Notes under the pieces: model-generated
The model's database searches: none
Told to the model about the DNA's origin: nothing
Seen by the model: the letters and a program-made list of their open reading frames with translations, nothing else
Translations under genes and position numbers: made by a program
In this document: positions 9,593 through 19,080 of the stretch, piece after piece
How positions within the stretch are numbered: position 1 is the stretch's first letter
Layout: the number at the start of each line of letters is the position of its first letter
Origin: Deltaproteobacteria bacterium
GTDB lineage: Bacteria > Desulfobacterota > Deferrimicrobia > Deferrimicrobiales > Deferrimicrobiaceae
Direction of reading: 5' to 3'
Assembly (NCBI GenBank): GCA_016218975.1
Contig: JACRCO010000071.1
Coordinates: forward strand, 7,723-71,722
DNA: 64,000 bases

Positions 9593-11107
9593 TCACCCTT
9601 CTCCGTCCCCGGTCCACTCGAACAGGGTTTCGGGGATTTTCTTCGTCCACGAATATTTCCCCTGGAACATTTGTCTGGCTTGTCCCCGGCTCGTACCCGC
9701 CTCGCGGAAGAACCGGTCCACAAACGCGCTCGGCGACAGCAGCAAAGCGTAAAAGAGATGCTTCTTCTCCACGAACTTCCGCCCTTCGTCGCCGGCTACG
9801 AAGCGGGCGTCCTCAAGTACACGCCGGTAGTTCAGGGTCGGCCGCGGGATAGCACCCTTCGTGCGGATGCCTGCCCTCGAGATTTTCCTGTATATTCCGA
9901 GGAGGAACGTCCGGTCGGCAGCTAAATATGAAAAAATTTGTTCCATAAAAGGATCTTCCGCCCCCTCGTACAACAGGAAACTACCGAAAAGGTGCCGTGT
10001 CTCGAGAGTGGCGTATCCTTCCTCCCGGGCGATAACTTCCGCTCGCCTAATCACCTCGACCGCTCCCGGCTGGAACGGAAACTGGAGAGGCGCCACCGTC
10101 TGGCGCGCCGCAGCGACATCGACGGCAAAGAGGAATCGGTCCTCATGGAGAAGTTCGCATGCAAGGCCTGCGGACTCATTGAACGAAAGAACCTTCCCTG
10201 CTCTTCCCGTCACTCCGGTTGCTTCAAGGAGTAGCAGTTTCGCCTTCCTTATCGCATCGATCAACCGTCCGGGATCGGTCACAACCGGTTCGAATCGTTC
10301 GGACAGATCGGTCCAGCACCCGAGAAGGCAATGGAGGAAGCTCTCTCCCTCCCGGACGACGATCAGCAACGGCTGAAGACGGACGCTTTCAAGGCACGAC
10401 GCAAACAGGAGACAAAGGTCGATGCAGGTGCCCACACCCGCTTTCTTTTCGACGGACGGAATGATTACATGCGGAGGGCGGATGACCTGGCAGTCCCGCT
10501 CGTAACTCGGGGGTTCGAACGCATACCGGATCCGGTATTCCCGGGCAAGGCAATCGTAGAGAGCTTTGTTTACACCTTCGGTTCCGCCGACCCACCCAGC
10601 CCTTCTAAACGGATCGAACAGGTAGGAGGACGCATCGGCGCCCAGCCGATCCGCCGAATCCAGGAGAATATGCTGAACGACCGGGTGGGAAGGCTGAACG
10701 AACGCCGCAAGGCTCGCACGGAATTCTGAGGCCAACGGCCATTCATAGAATCCGAGAATAGGGATATCATCTGTCCGAGCCTTCCGGCCGTCGATGTAAA
10801 AATCCAGCCTCCCGTTCTTTTTCCCCTCTTGCCCTTCAAGGATTTCGTATCGGAGGACCGGGGAGATCCCGGAGACCGTGATTTTTCCCCCGGGAAGTAT
10901 CGGGCCCAGGCGCCGTTCCCACCGTTCTCCATACCCCGGAATCTCGAACCCCACGACCGGGGTAACGGGCGAATGACCTTCATTCCGAACGACAAAATCG
11001 GAAATAACGGGAATGCCGCAGTGATAAAGGACATAATTTACCGCGGAAGCTTTTCGGTAGGAGACCGCAAGATCCCCCATCCGGAACCTGACGAAAGCTG
11101 ATTTCAT
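9593..11107 (-). CDS. Transglutaminase-like (Cys-His-Glu) domain fused to double Clp-N domain
   Basis: YAFEPPSY ... QVIRPP ... GTCIDLCLLFASCLE ... HCLLGCW ... LLEAT core, followed by two Clp-N-like repeats: FQPGAVEVIRRAEVIAREEGYATLETRHLF and PTLNYRRVLEDARFVAGDEGRKFVEKKHLFYALL. Confidence 0.75.
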   Translation of the reverse strand: MKSAFVRFRMGDLAVSYRKASAVNYVLYHCGIPVISDFVVRNEGHSPVTPVVGFEIPGYGERWERRLGPILPGGKITVSGISPVLRYEILEGQEGKKNGRLDFYIDGRKARTDDIPILGFYEWPLASEFRASLAAFVQPSHPVVQHILLDSADRLGADASSYLFDPFRRAGWVGGTEGVNKALYDCLAREYRIRYAFEPPSYERDCQVIRPPHVIIPSVEKKAGVGTCIDLCLLFASCLESVRLQPLLIVVREGESFLHCLLGCWTDLSERFEPVVTDPGRLIDAIRKAKLLLLEATGVTGRAGKVLSFNESAGLACELLHEDRFLFAVDVAAARQTVAPLQFPFQPGAVEVIRRAEVIAREEGYATLETRHLFGSFLLYEGAEDPFMEQIFSYLAADRTFLLGIYRKISRAGIRTKGAIPRPTLNYRRVLEDARFVAGDEGRKFVEKKHLFYALLLSPSAFVDRFFREAGTSRGQARQMFQGKYSWTKKIPETLFEWTGDGEG

Positions 11108-11790
11108 ATCAAAAACGGTCTGTACTCACCGTCGGGGACGCCTTCGAATTCGGTCACGAGAATATCCCCTCCCGGCTGCGAAACCGCCCTAAATGCGCCG
11201 ATCAGAGGCTCCCCCCCATGCTCCGGGACGAGGAGGACGATGGGCCATGGTTCATCGAGCATCTGTGATGCAACCGAGATTGTACGCGAAGCGGCGCTGG
11301 CGGTTATTTTCATCCATGGCGGCCCGCCCGTTTCCACCGTGACGACCTCCGATCCCCCTGCGCCGCGGATACGGCCTTGTGATACGGTAGCAAACAGCGG
11401 ATTCGGCCCCCCCGAAAAGATATTTTCAAGCTCCTCTCCGGCGCCTTTCGCGATTCTCCCTCGCGCGTCAAGCAGAAACCGGACAGGACTTCGAACCTTT
11501 CCACCGAATTTCTCAACCCAGGAAGCGATCCTCGCAGCGATCCGGGTATCCCCGGCATATGCAGGAAGGAACCCCTGAATCGCCCGTTTCGAAGCATCGG
11601 GTCCGACGCCTCCGGATGTCCACCATTCCCAGACCTCGCCGAACCATTCCTTGATAAGAAAGCATCGCCGAACCTTGCCCGCGCAGAGGTCGCACGAAGC
11701 CATGTGGACCTCAGCGCGAAAAGCTTCCTCTCCGGAAACAAGATCCCGGACATATGCCTGCATTTCCTTAAGCGTCAGGTGCGCGATCAT
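11104..11790 (-). CDS. Zinc-finger (zf-HC2/ZAS) anti-sigma factor, soluble
   Basis: H-x3-C-x2-C motif (HMASCDLC) plus N-terminal His; ATGA overlap with the upstream ECF gene; no TM evident. Confidence 0.8.
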   Translation of the reverse strand: MIAHLTLKEMQAYVRDLVSGEEAFRAEVHMASCDLCAGKVRRCFLIKEWFGEVWEWWTSGGVGPDASKRAIQGFLPAYAGDTRIAARIASWVEKFGGKVRSPVRFLLDARGRIAKGAGEELENIFSGGPNPLFATVSQGRIRGAGGSEVVTVETGGPPWMKITASAASRTISVASQMLDEPWPIVLLVPEHGGEPLIGAFRAVSQPGGDILVTEFEGVPDGEYRPFLI

Positions 11791-12674
11791 CGCTCGATCT
11801 CCGGCGTCAACTCGTCTCCCTGCGGTTCGACGTCGAATTCCTCCTTGATCCTTTTCTTCACTTTATGGCACCAGTCGTAAATGGAAGACTCCCTCCGATC
11901 TTCGGCGGTGATGAATTTTCCCAGCGGGATATCGCGGACCTTCCCGTCCCCGCATAAATCCCTGATGTCGAGGTATTCCTTCTCGACATAAACTTCCCGG
12001 GCCGTTCTCTCAAGGGATCGGTTCGTGCCCTCCCAGCAATTGCGGTAGGCCGCGCGGGAAACCATTTCCGAAGGATCGGAAAAACCGCCAGTGAACGATT
12101 GATGGTGGATATCGATCAGGCTTTCGAGGAGATCCCCCAATCGGCGGTTTTCGCTGTTTTTCAGGAAAAATCGCGGTTTCCAATGCAGCAGCTTGACAAA
12201 CCCGAAGGCAATGGCCTGATGAGGTTTGACTGAACACTCCGAGAGCGCCTGGATCATCAACAGGGAGGTCTGGGGATCCGGATGGACGGGCGTGCTGAAT
12301 GCCGGCCGGGGAAGCGGGTTTCTTTCAGCGAAGTCGATCATTCCCTTTTTCATTTTCGTCAAGTAACGCAAATAGACGAATCCCGCCAGATTGCGAAGAA
12401 AAGTGAAAAAGGCATATTCGTACTTGTACTTGCCCCCAAGCAGATTTTTATACGCATAGATGAACGTGTCCTGGCAAAGATCTTCATGAGCGCTTTCGTC
12501 CCAAACGCGGCACCGAAAGTACCCCTTTATCGCCTCGTTATACGCATCGTAAAGTAGTTCCCATGCGGACATGTCCCCGTTTCCGGCAAGTTCGGCGAGG
12601 CGGCGCTGTTCTTCCCTGGATAAAGCGGCATCGGCCACCGCCGACCTCCATTCCATCCGGTATGCGATCGACAT
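11787..12674 (-). CDS. ECF-type RNA polymerase sigma factor with atypical region 4
   Basis: Region 2: GDMSAWELLYDAY ... AHEDLCQDTF ... FFTFLRNLA; adjacent ZAS anti-sigma. Confidence 0.8.
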   Translation of the reverse strand: MSIAYRMEWRSAVADAALSREEQRRLAELAGNGDMSAWELLYDAYNEAIKGYFRCRVWDESAHEDLCQDTFIYAYKNLLGGKYKYEYAFFTFLRNLAGFVYLRYLTKMKKGMIDFAERNPLPRPAFSTPVHPDPQTSLLMIQALSECSVKPHQAIAFGFVKLLHWKPRFFLKNSENRRLGDLLESLIDIHHQSFTGGFSDPSEMVSRAAYRNCWEGTNRSLERTAREVYVEKEYLDIRDLCGDGKVRDIPLGKFITAEDRRESSIYDWCHKVKKRIKEEFDVEPQGDELTPEIER

Positions 12675-12858
12675 CCCTCGGTTCCGTGTATTTTACGTGT
12701 TGCGCCATCTTCAATGCCATAACAACGATCCGGATTTTATTCCCCTCCCCGTCTTTATTTTCCATTTACGCCGAACCGGGGGTTTTCTCGCTCTCCCCGT
12801 GCCGCGGATGCTGCGGGCTCGAAAGTCAGCGGATTTACGGAGCGGGTTCCCGGGGACG

Positions 12859-15099
12859 TTAAACCATCATGTGGTACGGGTCGACGTCGGCCTCGATGCG
12901 GACGCCGTGCTTGCGGACGAGGTCGCGCAGGGGTCGAAGGAGCGGCGGGAAGAAATCCCCGACGGGAAACCGCGGGGGCATCTTCAAAAGGATCTGGAAC
13001 CGGTGCTTCTTTTTCACGAAGGAAATGGGGGACGGGGCGGGGCCCAACAGGCCGATGCCCGCGGCGGACACCGGCTTCGACAGCTCTTCCGCCGCTTCCT
13101 CCGCCGCCTGCCGGACACGGTCTTCCTTCGGCCCCCACAGGCGCAACAGAAGCATACGACCGAAGGGAGGGTAGCCCAGCGCTTTCCTCCCCGCCAGTTC
13201 CTCCTCCATGAAACGGGCGAAATCGTGTGCGGCCGCCGCGCGTATGCAGACATGTTCCGGGGAAAGGGTCTGGACGATCACCCTTCCCGGCCGGTCCCCT
13301 CTCCCTGCGCGCCCCGCCACCTGCGTCAGTATCTGGAACGTCCGCTCCGAGGACCGGAAATCGGGGAAGGAAAGGGACAGGTCGGCGAGAAGCACACCCA
13401 CGAGCGTCACCTCCGGGAAATCGTGTCCCTTGGCGATCATCTGGGTGCCCACAAGGATGTCCACGTCCCCGGAATGCATACGGGCAAGGATTTCTCCGTA
13501 CATTCCTTTCCTGCGGCTTATGTCGGAATCCAGGCGGGCAACACGGGCATCCTTCCAGCGTTTGGAGGCCCACGCAAGGAGCCGTTCCGTGCCGATCCCT
13601 ACCTGTGCCAGCTTGTGCCCGCCGCACACCGCGCACCTCTCCGGAGGGGATGTCCTGGCATCGCAATAGTGGCACAACAGCGCGTCGTGCTGCTGGTGGA
13701 AGGTAAGGGTCACCCGGCAGTTGCGGCATTGAACCGTCTGTCCGCAATCGAGGCAGGTGACGGCCGGCGCATATCCCCTGCGGTTGAGGAAGAGCATGGC
13801 CTTTTCACCCCGGCCCATCGTTTCCTCGACGGCCTCCTCCAGTTCGGGGGAAAAATAGCGGTCCGCGCCCCGCAGGGAAGTGCGGTTTTTCAGGTCCACG
13901 ATCCGGATCTCCGGCAGATCCCTTCCGCCGATCCGCTCCGGCAGGGAGAGCAGCGCCGCCTCCCCTTCCCGAGCCATCTGCATCGATTCCGCGGAAGGGG
14001 TAGCGGAGCCCAGCAGGACGACGGCGTTCTCCAGCTTCCCCCGCAGGATCGCCAGATCCCGTGCCTGGTAGCGGATCCCGTCTTCCTGCTTGTAAGCGGC
14101 GTCATGCTCTTCGTCGACGATGAAAAGCCCGGGTGCAGGGAATGGCGAGAAGACGGCGGACCGCGCGCCGACGCATAAGAAAACCTCGCCGGCCCGGACC
14201 TTGCGCCATTGCGCCGCCCGCTCCGCAGGCGAGAGCCCGCTGTGAAGTACGGCCACGCCGCCGCCGAACCGGGAGGCGACCCGGCCGAGAAGCTGGGGAG
14301 TCAGCGCGATCTCGGGCACGAGATAAACCGCTTGCCTTCCCGTCTGCCGGACCTGTTCAACGGCCCGCAGGTAGACTTCCGTCTTCCCGGAACCTGTTAT
14401 GCCGTGCAGCACGAAGACTGCGAACTTCTCCGAGGAGAGCGCTACTCCTATTTTCACGAGCGCCGCTTCCTGGTGCGGGGTGGGGACGATCTCCCCCGTC
14501 ATGTCGGGGAGGTGCATTTCATGCAGCCCGACGGGTTTCTCCCGCACCGCCGCGGCGAGCCGTCCCTTCGCAGCCAGCCTCTTCGCGGCCTCCGCCCCGC
14601 CCGGAATGCGCGCGGAGAGATCGGCGGCGGATATCTCGCCGGCCTCCAGCACGGCGGAAAGGACCTCCCGCTGCTTCGGGGTCGTGTCGCCGTCGTTTCC
14701 GCCGTCCACCGGACGGAAGACCGTCTCCGTGCGGGGCCCGGAGGGGATGTCTCTCCGGGGAAGGCCGCGGGGAAGCGCGGCGCGCAGCATTTCGCCCAGC
14801 GGCGCAAGGCATTCGCGGGAGGCGATGGAAAGGAACTCCAGGTGGCGGGGCGTTACGTACGGCTCCTCGTCGAGGAAGGAAATGACGGATTTCGCTTCCC
14901 GCCCGGCGAGGGAGGAGCCGTCCGCCAAAGCGACGATCAGGCCCGCGACCTTCCTCGGCCCGAACGGAACGAGGACGCGGACGCCTACCTTCGCACGCTC
15001 CTCCGCGCCTGGCGGAACCCGGTAAGTGAACGTGTGGTCGAGCGGCAGCGGGACCGCCACTTCGACATATAAAGGCGAAGGGGATGGAACGGGATTCAT
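12859..15099 (-). CDS. priA: Primosomal protein N' (replication restart helicase)
   Basis: GITGSGKTEVY, LVPEIALTPQ, VDEEHD, four CxxC, GTQMIAKGHDFP and QVAGRAGR motifs. The start may be at 15108. Confidence 0.97.
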   Translation of the reverse strand: MNPVPSPSPLYVEVAVPLPLDHTFTYRVPPGAEERAKVGVRVLVPFGPRKVAGLIVALADGSSLAGREAKSVISFLDEEPYVTPRHLEFLSIASRECLAPLGEMLRAALPRGLPRRDIPSGPRTETVFRPVDGGNDGDTTPKQREVLSAVLEAGEISAADLSARIPGGAEAAKRLAAKGRLAAAVREKPVGLHEMHLPDMTGEIVPTPHQEAALVKIGVALSSEKFAVFVLHGITGSGKTEVYLRAVEQVRQTGRQAVYLVPEIALTPQLLGRVASRFGGGVAVLHSGLSPAERAAQWRKVRAGEVFLCVGARSAVFSPFPAPGLFIVDEEHDAAYKQEDGIRYQARDLAILRGKLENAVVLLGSATPSAESMQMAREGEAALLSLPERIGGRDLPEIRIVDLKNRTSLRGADRYFSPELEEAVEETMGRGEKAMLFLNRRGYAPAVTCLDCGQTVQCRNCRVTLTFHQQHDALLCHYCDARTSPPERCAVCGGHKLAQVGIGTERLLAWASKRWKDARVARLDSDISRRKGMYGEILARMHSGDVDILVGTQMIAKGHDFPEVTLVGVLLADLSLSFPDFRSSERTFQILTQVAGRAGRGDRPGRVIVQTLSPEHVCIRAAAAHDFARFMEEELAGRKALGYPPFGRMLLLRLWGPKEDRVRQAAEEAAEELSKPVSAAGIGLLGPAPSPISFVKKKHRFQILLKMPPRFPVGDFFPPLLRPLRDLVRKHGVRIEADVDPYHMMV

Positions 15100-15189
15100 C
15101 CGCTCCATCTTACCCCGGACGCGGCCGGTAGCGAGCCCGCATTTCTCATCATGCTTCGCCGCTGTGGGAAGCATTGCGAACAGAGAAGG

Positions 15190-16428
15190 CTAAACGTAAA
15201 CAGTACGCTCCACCATCCCTCCCCGGATCGTGAGCATCAAGGCAAGGTAATCCCGCAGGTTCCGGGTAAGCAGGAAATTCTCCCGGACGAACTCCCGGCC
15301 CCTTTCGCCCATTTCCTTCATCCGGTCACGGTGGTGCAGCAGGTACCGGATCCTGTGCGCCGCTCCTTCGGGAGTGTTGACGAGGAATCCGGTCTGATAA
15401 TTGGTCACCTGGATACGGATCCCTCCGACGTCTCCCCCGATCACGGGTTTACCCTTCCAAAGCCCTTCCGTGACGGTTAGGCCGAACCCCTCACGGGTCG
15501 ATTTCTGAAGGACGATCTCCGCCAGGCGCTGGAGGGCATTGACGGTCTTGTGCGCGTCCGACGGGAGCAGGAGGACGTGAATGTCCGGGTCCCCGTTCGC
15601 AGCCTCCATCACATCGTCGAATACCGCCTTCCCTTCGGGGTCGTCGGTCGCCCCTCCTCCGGCCAGGACGAGCTGTACGGGAGCCACGTTGCGCACCAGC
15701 CGGTACGCCCGGATCACCCCGACCGGGTCCTTGAACCGGTCGAACCGTGAGATCTGGACGAGCAGCGGCCGCTCCGGGTCGAGCCGGAATTCCGCGCGGA
15801 CGCTCTCAAGCTCCGCCGGGGTCAAATCACGGTTCTTCTCGCTTAAAGGGTTTATGCTCGGCGGGATCAGGAACTGCGGGATCGGCAGGTGCTGGGCGAA
15901 TTGAGCCATCGAGAAGATGCTTGCGTCGTACTTGTCCACGTATGTGCGCAGGACTTTCCAGACGGGCCGGAACGGATGGCTTATGTCGATGTGGGCGCGC
16001 CAGATCCATTTCCCCTTCCTGTTTGAGCACAGTTTCAGCAGGAAAGCCGGCTGGGGATCGTGGATGACGACGAAGTCCGCTTCCGCCAGCAGCGGACGAA
16101 GCCGCTCCGCGTTAGTCTCGTTTTCCTCCTGGTAGGTCCTCCAGTCCTTTTTCGGAATGTCGACAGGCTTCCCCTGGAGGCCGTTGTGGATCGCCTTGGT
16201 GATCTCGAAGAACCTGCGAGTGCCGTGGATAACCTCCCAGGAGGCATCCACCCCCACGTCCTGCATGTGCGGGATCATCCAGTCCAGGATCTCCGCGACT
16301 CCGCCCCCTTCACGCGTGGAATTCACGTGGACGATCCGTTGCCCGGCAAGTTTTTCGCCGAGCCGCCGCAGCTGCCCGACGACGGAGGAGCCCACGATCG
16401 GCTCATAGGCGGCAAGGGAGGAGCTCAT
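15190..16428 (-). CDS. treT: GT4 glycosyltransferase, trehalose synthase TreT-like
   Basis: HVNSTREGGGVAEIL, HDPQP, SRFDRFKDP and EGFGLTVTEGLWKGKPVIGG motifs; trehalose gene neighbourhood. Confidence 0.85.
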   Translation of the reverse strand: MSSSLAAYEPIVGSSVVGQLRRLGEKLAGQRIVHVNSTREGGGVAEILDWMIPHMQDVGVDASWEVIHGTRRFFEITKAIHNGLQGKPVDIPKKDWRTYQEENETNAERLRPLLAEADFVVIHDPQPAFLLKLCSNRKGKWIWRAHIDISHPFRPVWKVLRTYVDKYDASIFSMAQFAQHLPIPQFLIPPSINPLSEKNRDLTPAELESVRAEFRLDPERPLLVQISRFDRFKDPVGVIRAYRLVRNVAPVQLVLAGGGATDDPEGKAVFDDVMEAANGDPDIHVLLLPSDAHKTVNALQRLAEIVLQKSTREGFGLTVTEGLWKGKPVIGGDVGGIRIQVTNYQTGFLVNTPEGAAHRIRYLLHHRDRMKEMGERGREFVRENFLLTRNLRDYLALMLTIRGGMVERTVYV

Positions 16429-17078
16429 ATGCCTTCCTTCACCTGCAACAGGACCCGCGCCAGTTCCTTGCGAAGGTGGGCGAGGTTGTGGAACTGGAAG
16501 TCGATCGATGCAAGCGCCTTGAGGTAAGGCTCGAATTCCTTGCCTGCCTCCGACAGCCATGCCGAAAAATCGTCCTTTCCCACCGGCGGACGTCTCAAGG
16601 CTTCAAGGAAGTGGTAGTAGATGCTCCCGTTCGTCATCCTGAGGATGGCGGGGGCCAGGTCCAGCGGAGCATGGATGAAATCCCCGGTGTCGAAGACGAC
16701 GGTCGTGGCTTCCATGAACAGGAATTCATCGCCGTGCCTCACCCAGGGGACGTACGGCAACTCCCCGAGCCGGTCGTCTATGATGTCGAGGGTAACCGTT
16801 CTCATCTCATCCATGCCGGATGCGGCGTACGGGTCCAGGATCCCCAGCCGCTCCGCCAGTACGCGGTCGCCCAGGTACCGCTTGATCCAGACCGCGAAGT
16901 CGTTCCGGTAATCCGGATCGTCGAACGTCGGCCGGAGCGTCGTTTCGCAGAAGTGATGGTAAAGCACCCCTTCCCCGCAGACGGCGATTCGTTCCCGCAA
17001 CTCACGCATGCTCATCGCCGGGGGCAGGCCGCTCGTCCGGACGAGCAGCGCGCAATCCTTCACCTCGAAAGGGGCCAT
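16425..17078 (-). CDS. DUF5752-like protein (TreT-associated)
   Basis: Internal duplication LYHHF...NDFAVW / IYYHF...DDFSAW; ATGA overlap with treT. Confidence 0.75.
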   Translation of the reverse strand: MAPFEVKDCALLVRTSGLPPAMSMRELRERIAVCGEGVLYHHFCETTLRPTFDDPDYRNDFAVWIKRYLGDRVLAERLGILDPYAASGMDEMRTVTLDIIDDRLGELPYVPWVRHGDEFLFMEATTVVFDTGDFIHAPLDLAPAILRMTNGSIYYHFLEALRRPPVGKDDFSAWLSEAGKEFEPYLKALASIDFQFHNLAHLRKELARVLLQVKEGI

Positions 17079-17226
17079 GCCGCCTCGTCTCCTTTTTCCC
17101 GGCATTCTTCATAGAAGTAGACAGGCGATGAAACTCGCAAGTTTCAGGAAAGGACACGAATCAGCAAGGCGCGCCTCTCATCTTAGTGAGTGGAATATCG
17201 GATGGGGTGGGATAGGAACCGCCTGG

Positions 17227-19068
17227 ATGGAAAACGGATTTCGCCTGGGTGCCACCTACATGGGGAGCGGCCGTTGCGCATTTTTCGTATATGCGCCCAA
17301 GGCGGAGAAAGTAGAGGTGCGCATTCTATCCACGCGGGAACGTACGGAGGCCCTGGCGAGGAAGGGGCAAGGGTACCATGGCGCAGTGCTGGACGGGATC
17401 GAGCCGGGATCCCTTTACGTCTACCGCCTCGACGGGCGAACGGAGCGTCCCGATCCCGCTTCCCGATTCCAGCCGCAGGGGGTCCACGGACCCTCGCAGG
17501 TGGTGGATCCCGCCACGATCCGGCAGGAGGACGTGCACTGGGCCGGCCTCCCGCTCGAAGAATATATCCTGTATGAACTTCACATAGGAACATTCACGCC
17601 CGATGGGACCTTCGATGCCGTCGTTCCTCATCTTCCGTCCCTGAAAGACCTCGGCGTCACCGCGATCGAGATCATGCCGGCGGCCCAGTTCCCCGGGAAC
17701 CGCAACTGGGGTTACGACGGGGCTTATCCTTTCGCCGTGCAGAACAGTTACGGAGGACCGGGCGGACTGAAACGTCTCGTGGAAGCCTGCCACCGGCAGG
17801 GATTGGCCGTCGTTCTCGACGTCGTATACAACCATCTCGGCCCCGAAGGGAATTACCTGGCGGATTTCGGTCCGTACTTCACCGACCGGTACCGGACACC
17901 GTGGGGATCGGCCGTCAATTTCGACGGGCCTTGCAGCGACGAGGTCAGGCGCTACTTCATCGAGAACGCGCTCTACTGGCTCTCCGATTTCCGCGTGGAC
18001 GCCCTGCGGATCGACGCCATCCACGGAATCATGGACTTCAGCGCATATCCATTCCTGGCGGATTTGGCGGATGCGGTCCATGATCTGGCCGCAAGGGAAA
18101 AACGGAAAATCCATCTTATCCCGGAAAGCGACCTGAACGACGCGCGGGCGGTTACTCCAAGGGGGGCCGGCGGGCACGGGCTGGATGCGCAGTGGAACGA
18201 TGACTTCCACCACGCGCTGCACACCCTGCTGACCGGAGAAAAGGACGGGTATTACCGGGATTTCGGAACCATCGGGGACCTTGCGAAGGCCCATACGGAC
18301 GGATTCGTTTATTCGGGGCAATATTCCGCCTATCGGAACCGCCGGCACGGCAATTCGTCGCGCGATGTTCCGGCTTCCAGGTTGGTCGTCTTTTCCCAGA
18401 ACCACGACCAGGTGGGTAATCGCATGGAAGGTGAACGGCTGAGCCGCCTTGTTCCCTTCGAAGCACTGAAGCTCGCCGCCGGTGTGGTCCTGCTCTCGCC
18501 CTTCCTCCCACTCCTGTTCATGGGCGAGGAATACGGGGAGACCGCCCCGTTCCTCTACTTCATCGGCCATTCGGACAAGGACCTTGTCGAAGCGGTCCGA
18601 AAAGGGAGGAAGGAGGAATTCGCCGCATTCCGGTGGAGAGGAGAACCGCCGGATCCCCAGGACGAAGATACGTTCCAGCGGTCCCGGCTCGACCGCATGC
18701 CGGCGGAAGGAAAGCGCAACCGCGTTCTGCGGGAGTTCTACAGGGAATTGATCGGCCTCCGGAAAGGGCATCCGGCCCTGTCGCTATCGAGCAAGGAAGA
18801 TATGGAAGCGACGGCTTACGAAACGGAAAAAGTGCTCCACGTACGACGCCGGAACGGCCCCTCCCAGGCGGCGGCGGCCTATCGCTTCGGCGATGCGGCC
18901 GTTTCCATCGAACTTCCGCTGCCCGCAGGGGCGTGGAAAAAACTCCTGGATTCCTCCGACGCGCGGTGGAAAGGAAGCGGAAGTGCGACCCCGGAGAGGA
19001 TCGAATCCCGCGGGATGGCGGCTCTGACGTTGAACCCGTGGTCGTTCGTCCTCCTGTCGAAGGAATGA
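17227..19068 (+). CDS. treZ: Malto-oligosyltrehalose trehalohydrolase (GH13)
   Basis: PDPASRFQPQGVHGPS, YELHIGTF, NWGYDG, DVVYNHLGPEGNY, QWNDDFHH and QNHDQVGNR motifs. Confidence 0.95.
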   Translation: MENGFRLGATYMGSGRCAFFVYAPKAEKVEVRILSTRERTEALARKGQGYHGAVLDGIEPGSLYVYRLDGRTERPDPASRFQPQGVHGPSQVVDPATIRQEDVHWAGLPLEEYILYELHIGTFTPDGTFDAVVPHLPSLKDLGVTAIEIMPAAQFPGNRNWGYDGAYPFAVQNSYGGPGGLKRLVEACHRQGLAVVLDVVYNHLGPEGNYLADFGPYFTDRYRTPWGSAVNFDGPCSDEVRRYFIENALYWLSDFRVDALRIDAIHGIMDFSAYPFLADLADAVHDLAAREKRKIHLIPESDLNDARAVTPRGAGGHGLDAQWNDDFHHALHTLLTGEKDGYYRDFGTIGDLAKAHTDGFVYSGQYSAYRNRRHGNSSRDVPASRLVVFSQNHDQVGNRMEGERLSRLVPFEALKLAAGVVLLSPFLPLLFMGEEYGETAPFLYFIGHSDKDLVEAVRKGRKEEFAAFRWRGEPPDPQDEDTFQRSRLDRMPAEGKRNRVLREFYRELIGLRKGHPALSLSSKEDMEATAYETEKVLHVRRRNGPSQAAAAYRFGDAAVSIELPLPAGAWKKLLDSSDARWKGSGSATPERIESRGMAALTLNPWSFVLLSKE

Positions 19069-19080
19069 AGGGCAAGGGGC

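Noticed and set aside
11787-12674. Phosphorylation-activated ECF (EcfP/ECF43 type) as the kinase target
   Set aside because: Region 2.2 retains acidic residues (AHED) and a cognate anti-sigma is present. It is not excluded but is unsupported.
12770-12858. tRNA, SRP or 6S RNA at the island edge
   Set aside because: No cloverleaf or T-loop and no SRP core motif; reported only as a hairpin.
12571-14178. 535-aa plus-strand ORF and similar long antisense ORFs (17326-18771, 21653-23356, 28850-30652, 37659-39485, 43941-45623, 51385-52890)
   Set aside because: These are shadow frames opposite well-supported genes, expected in high-GC DNA, with no recognisable motifs.
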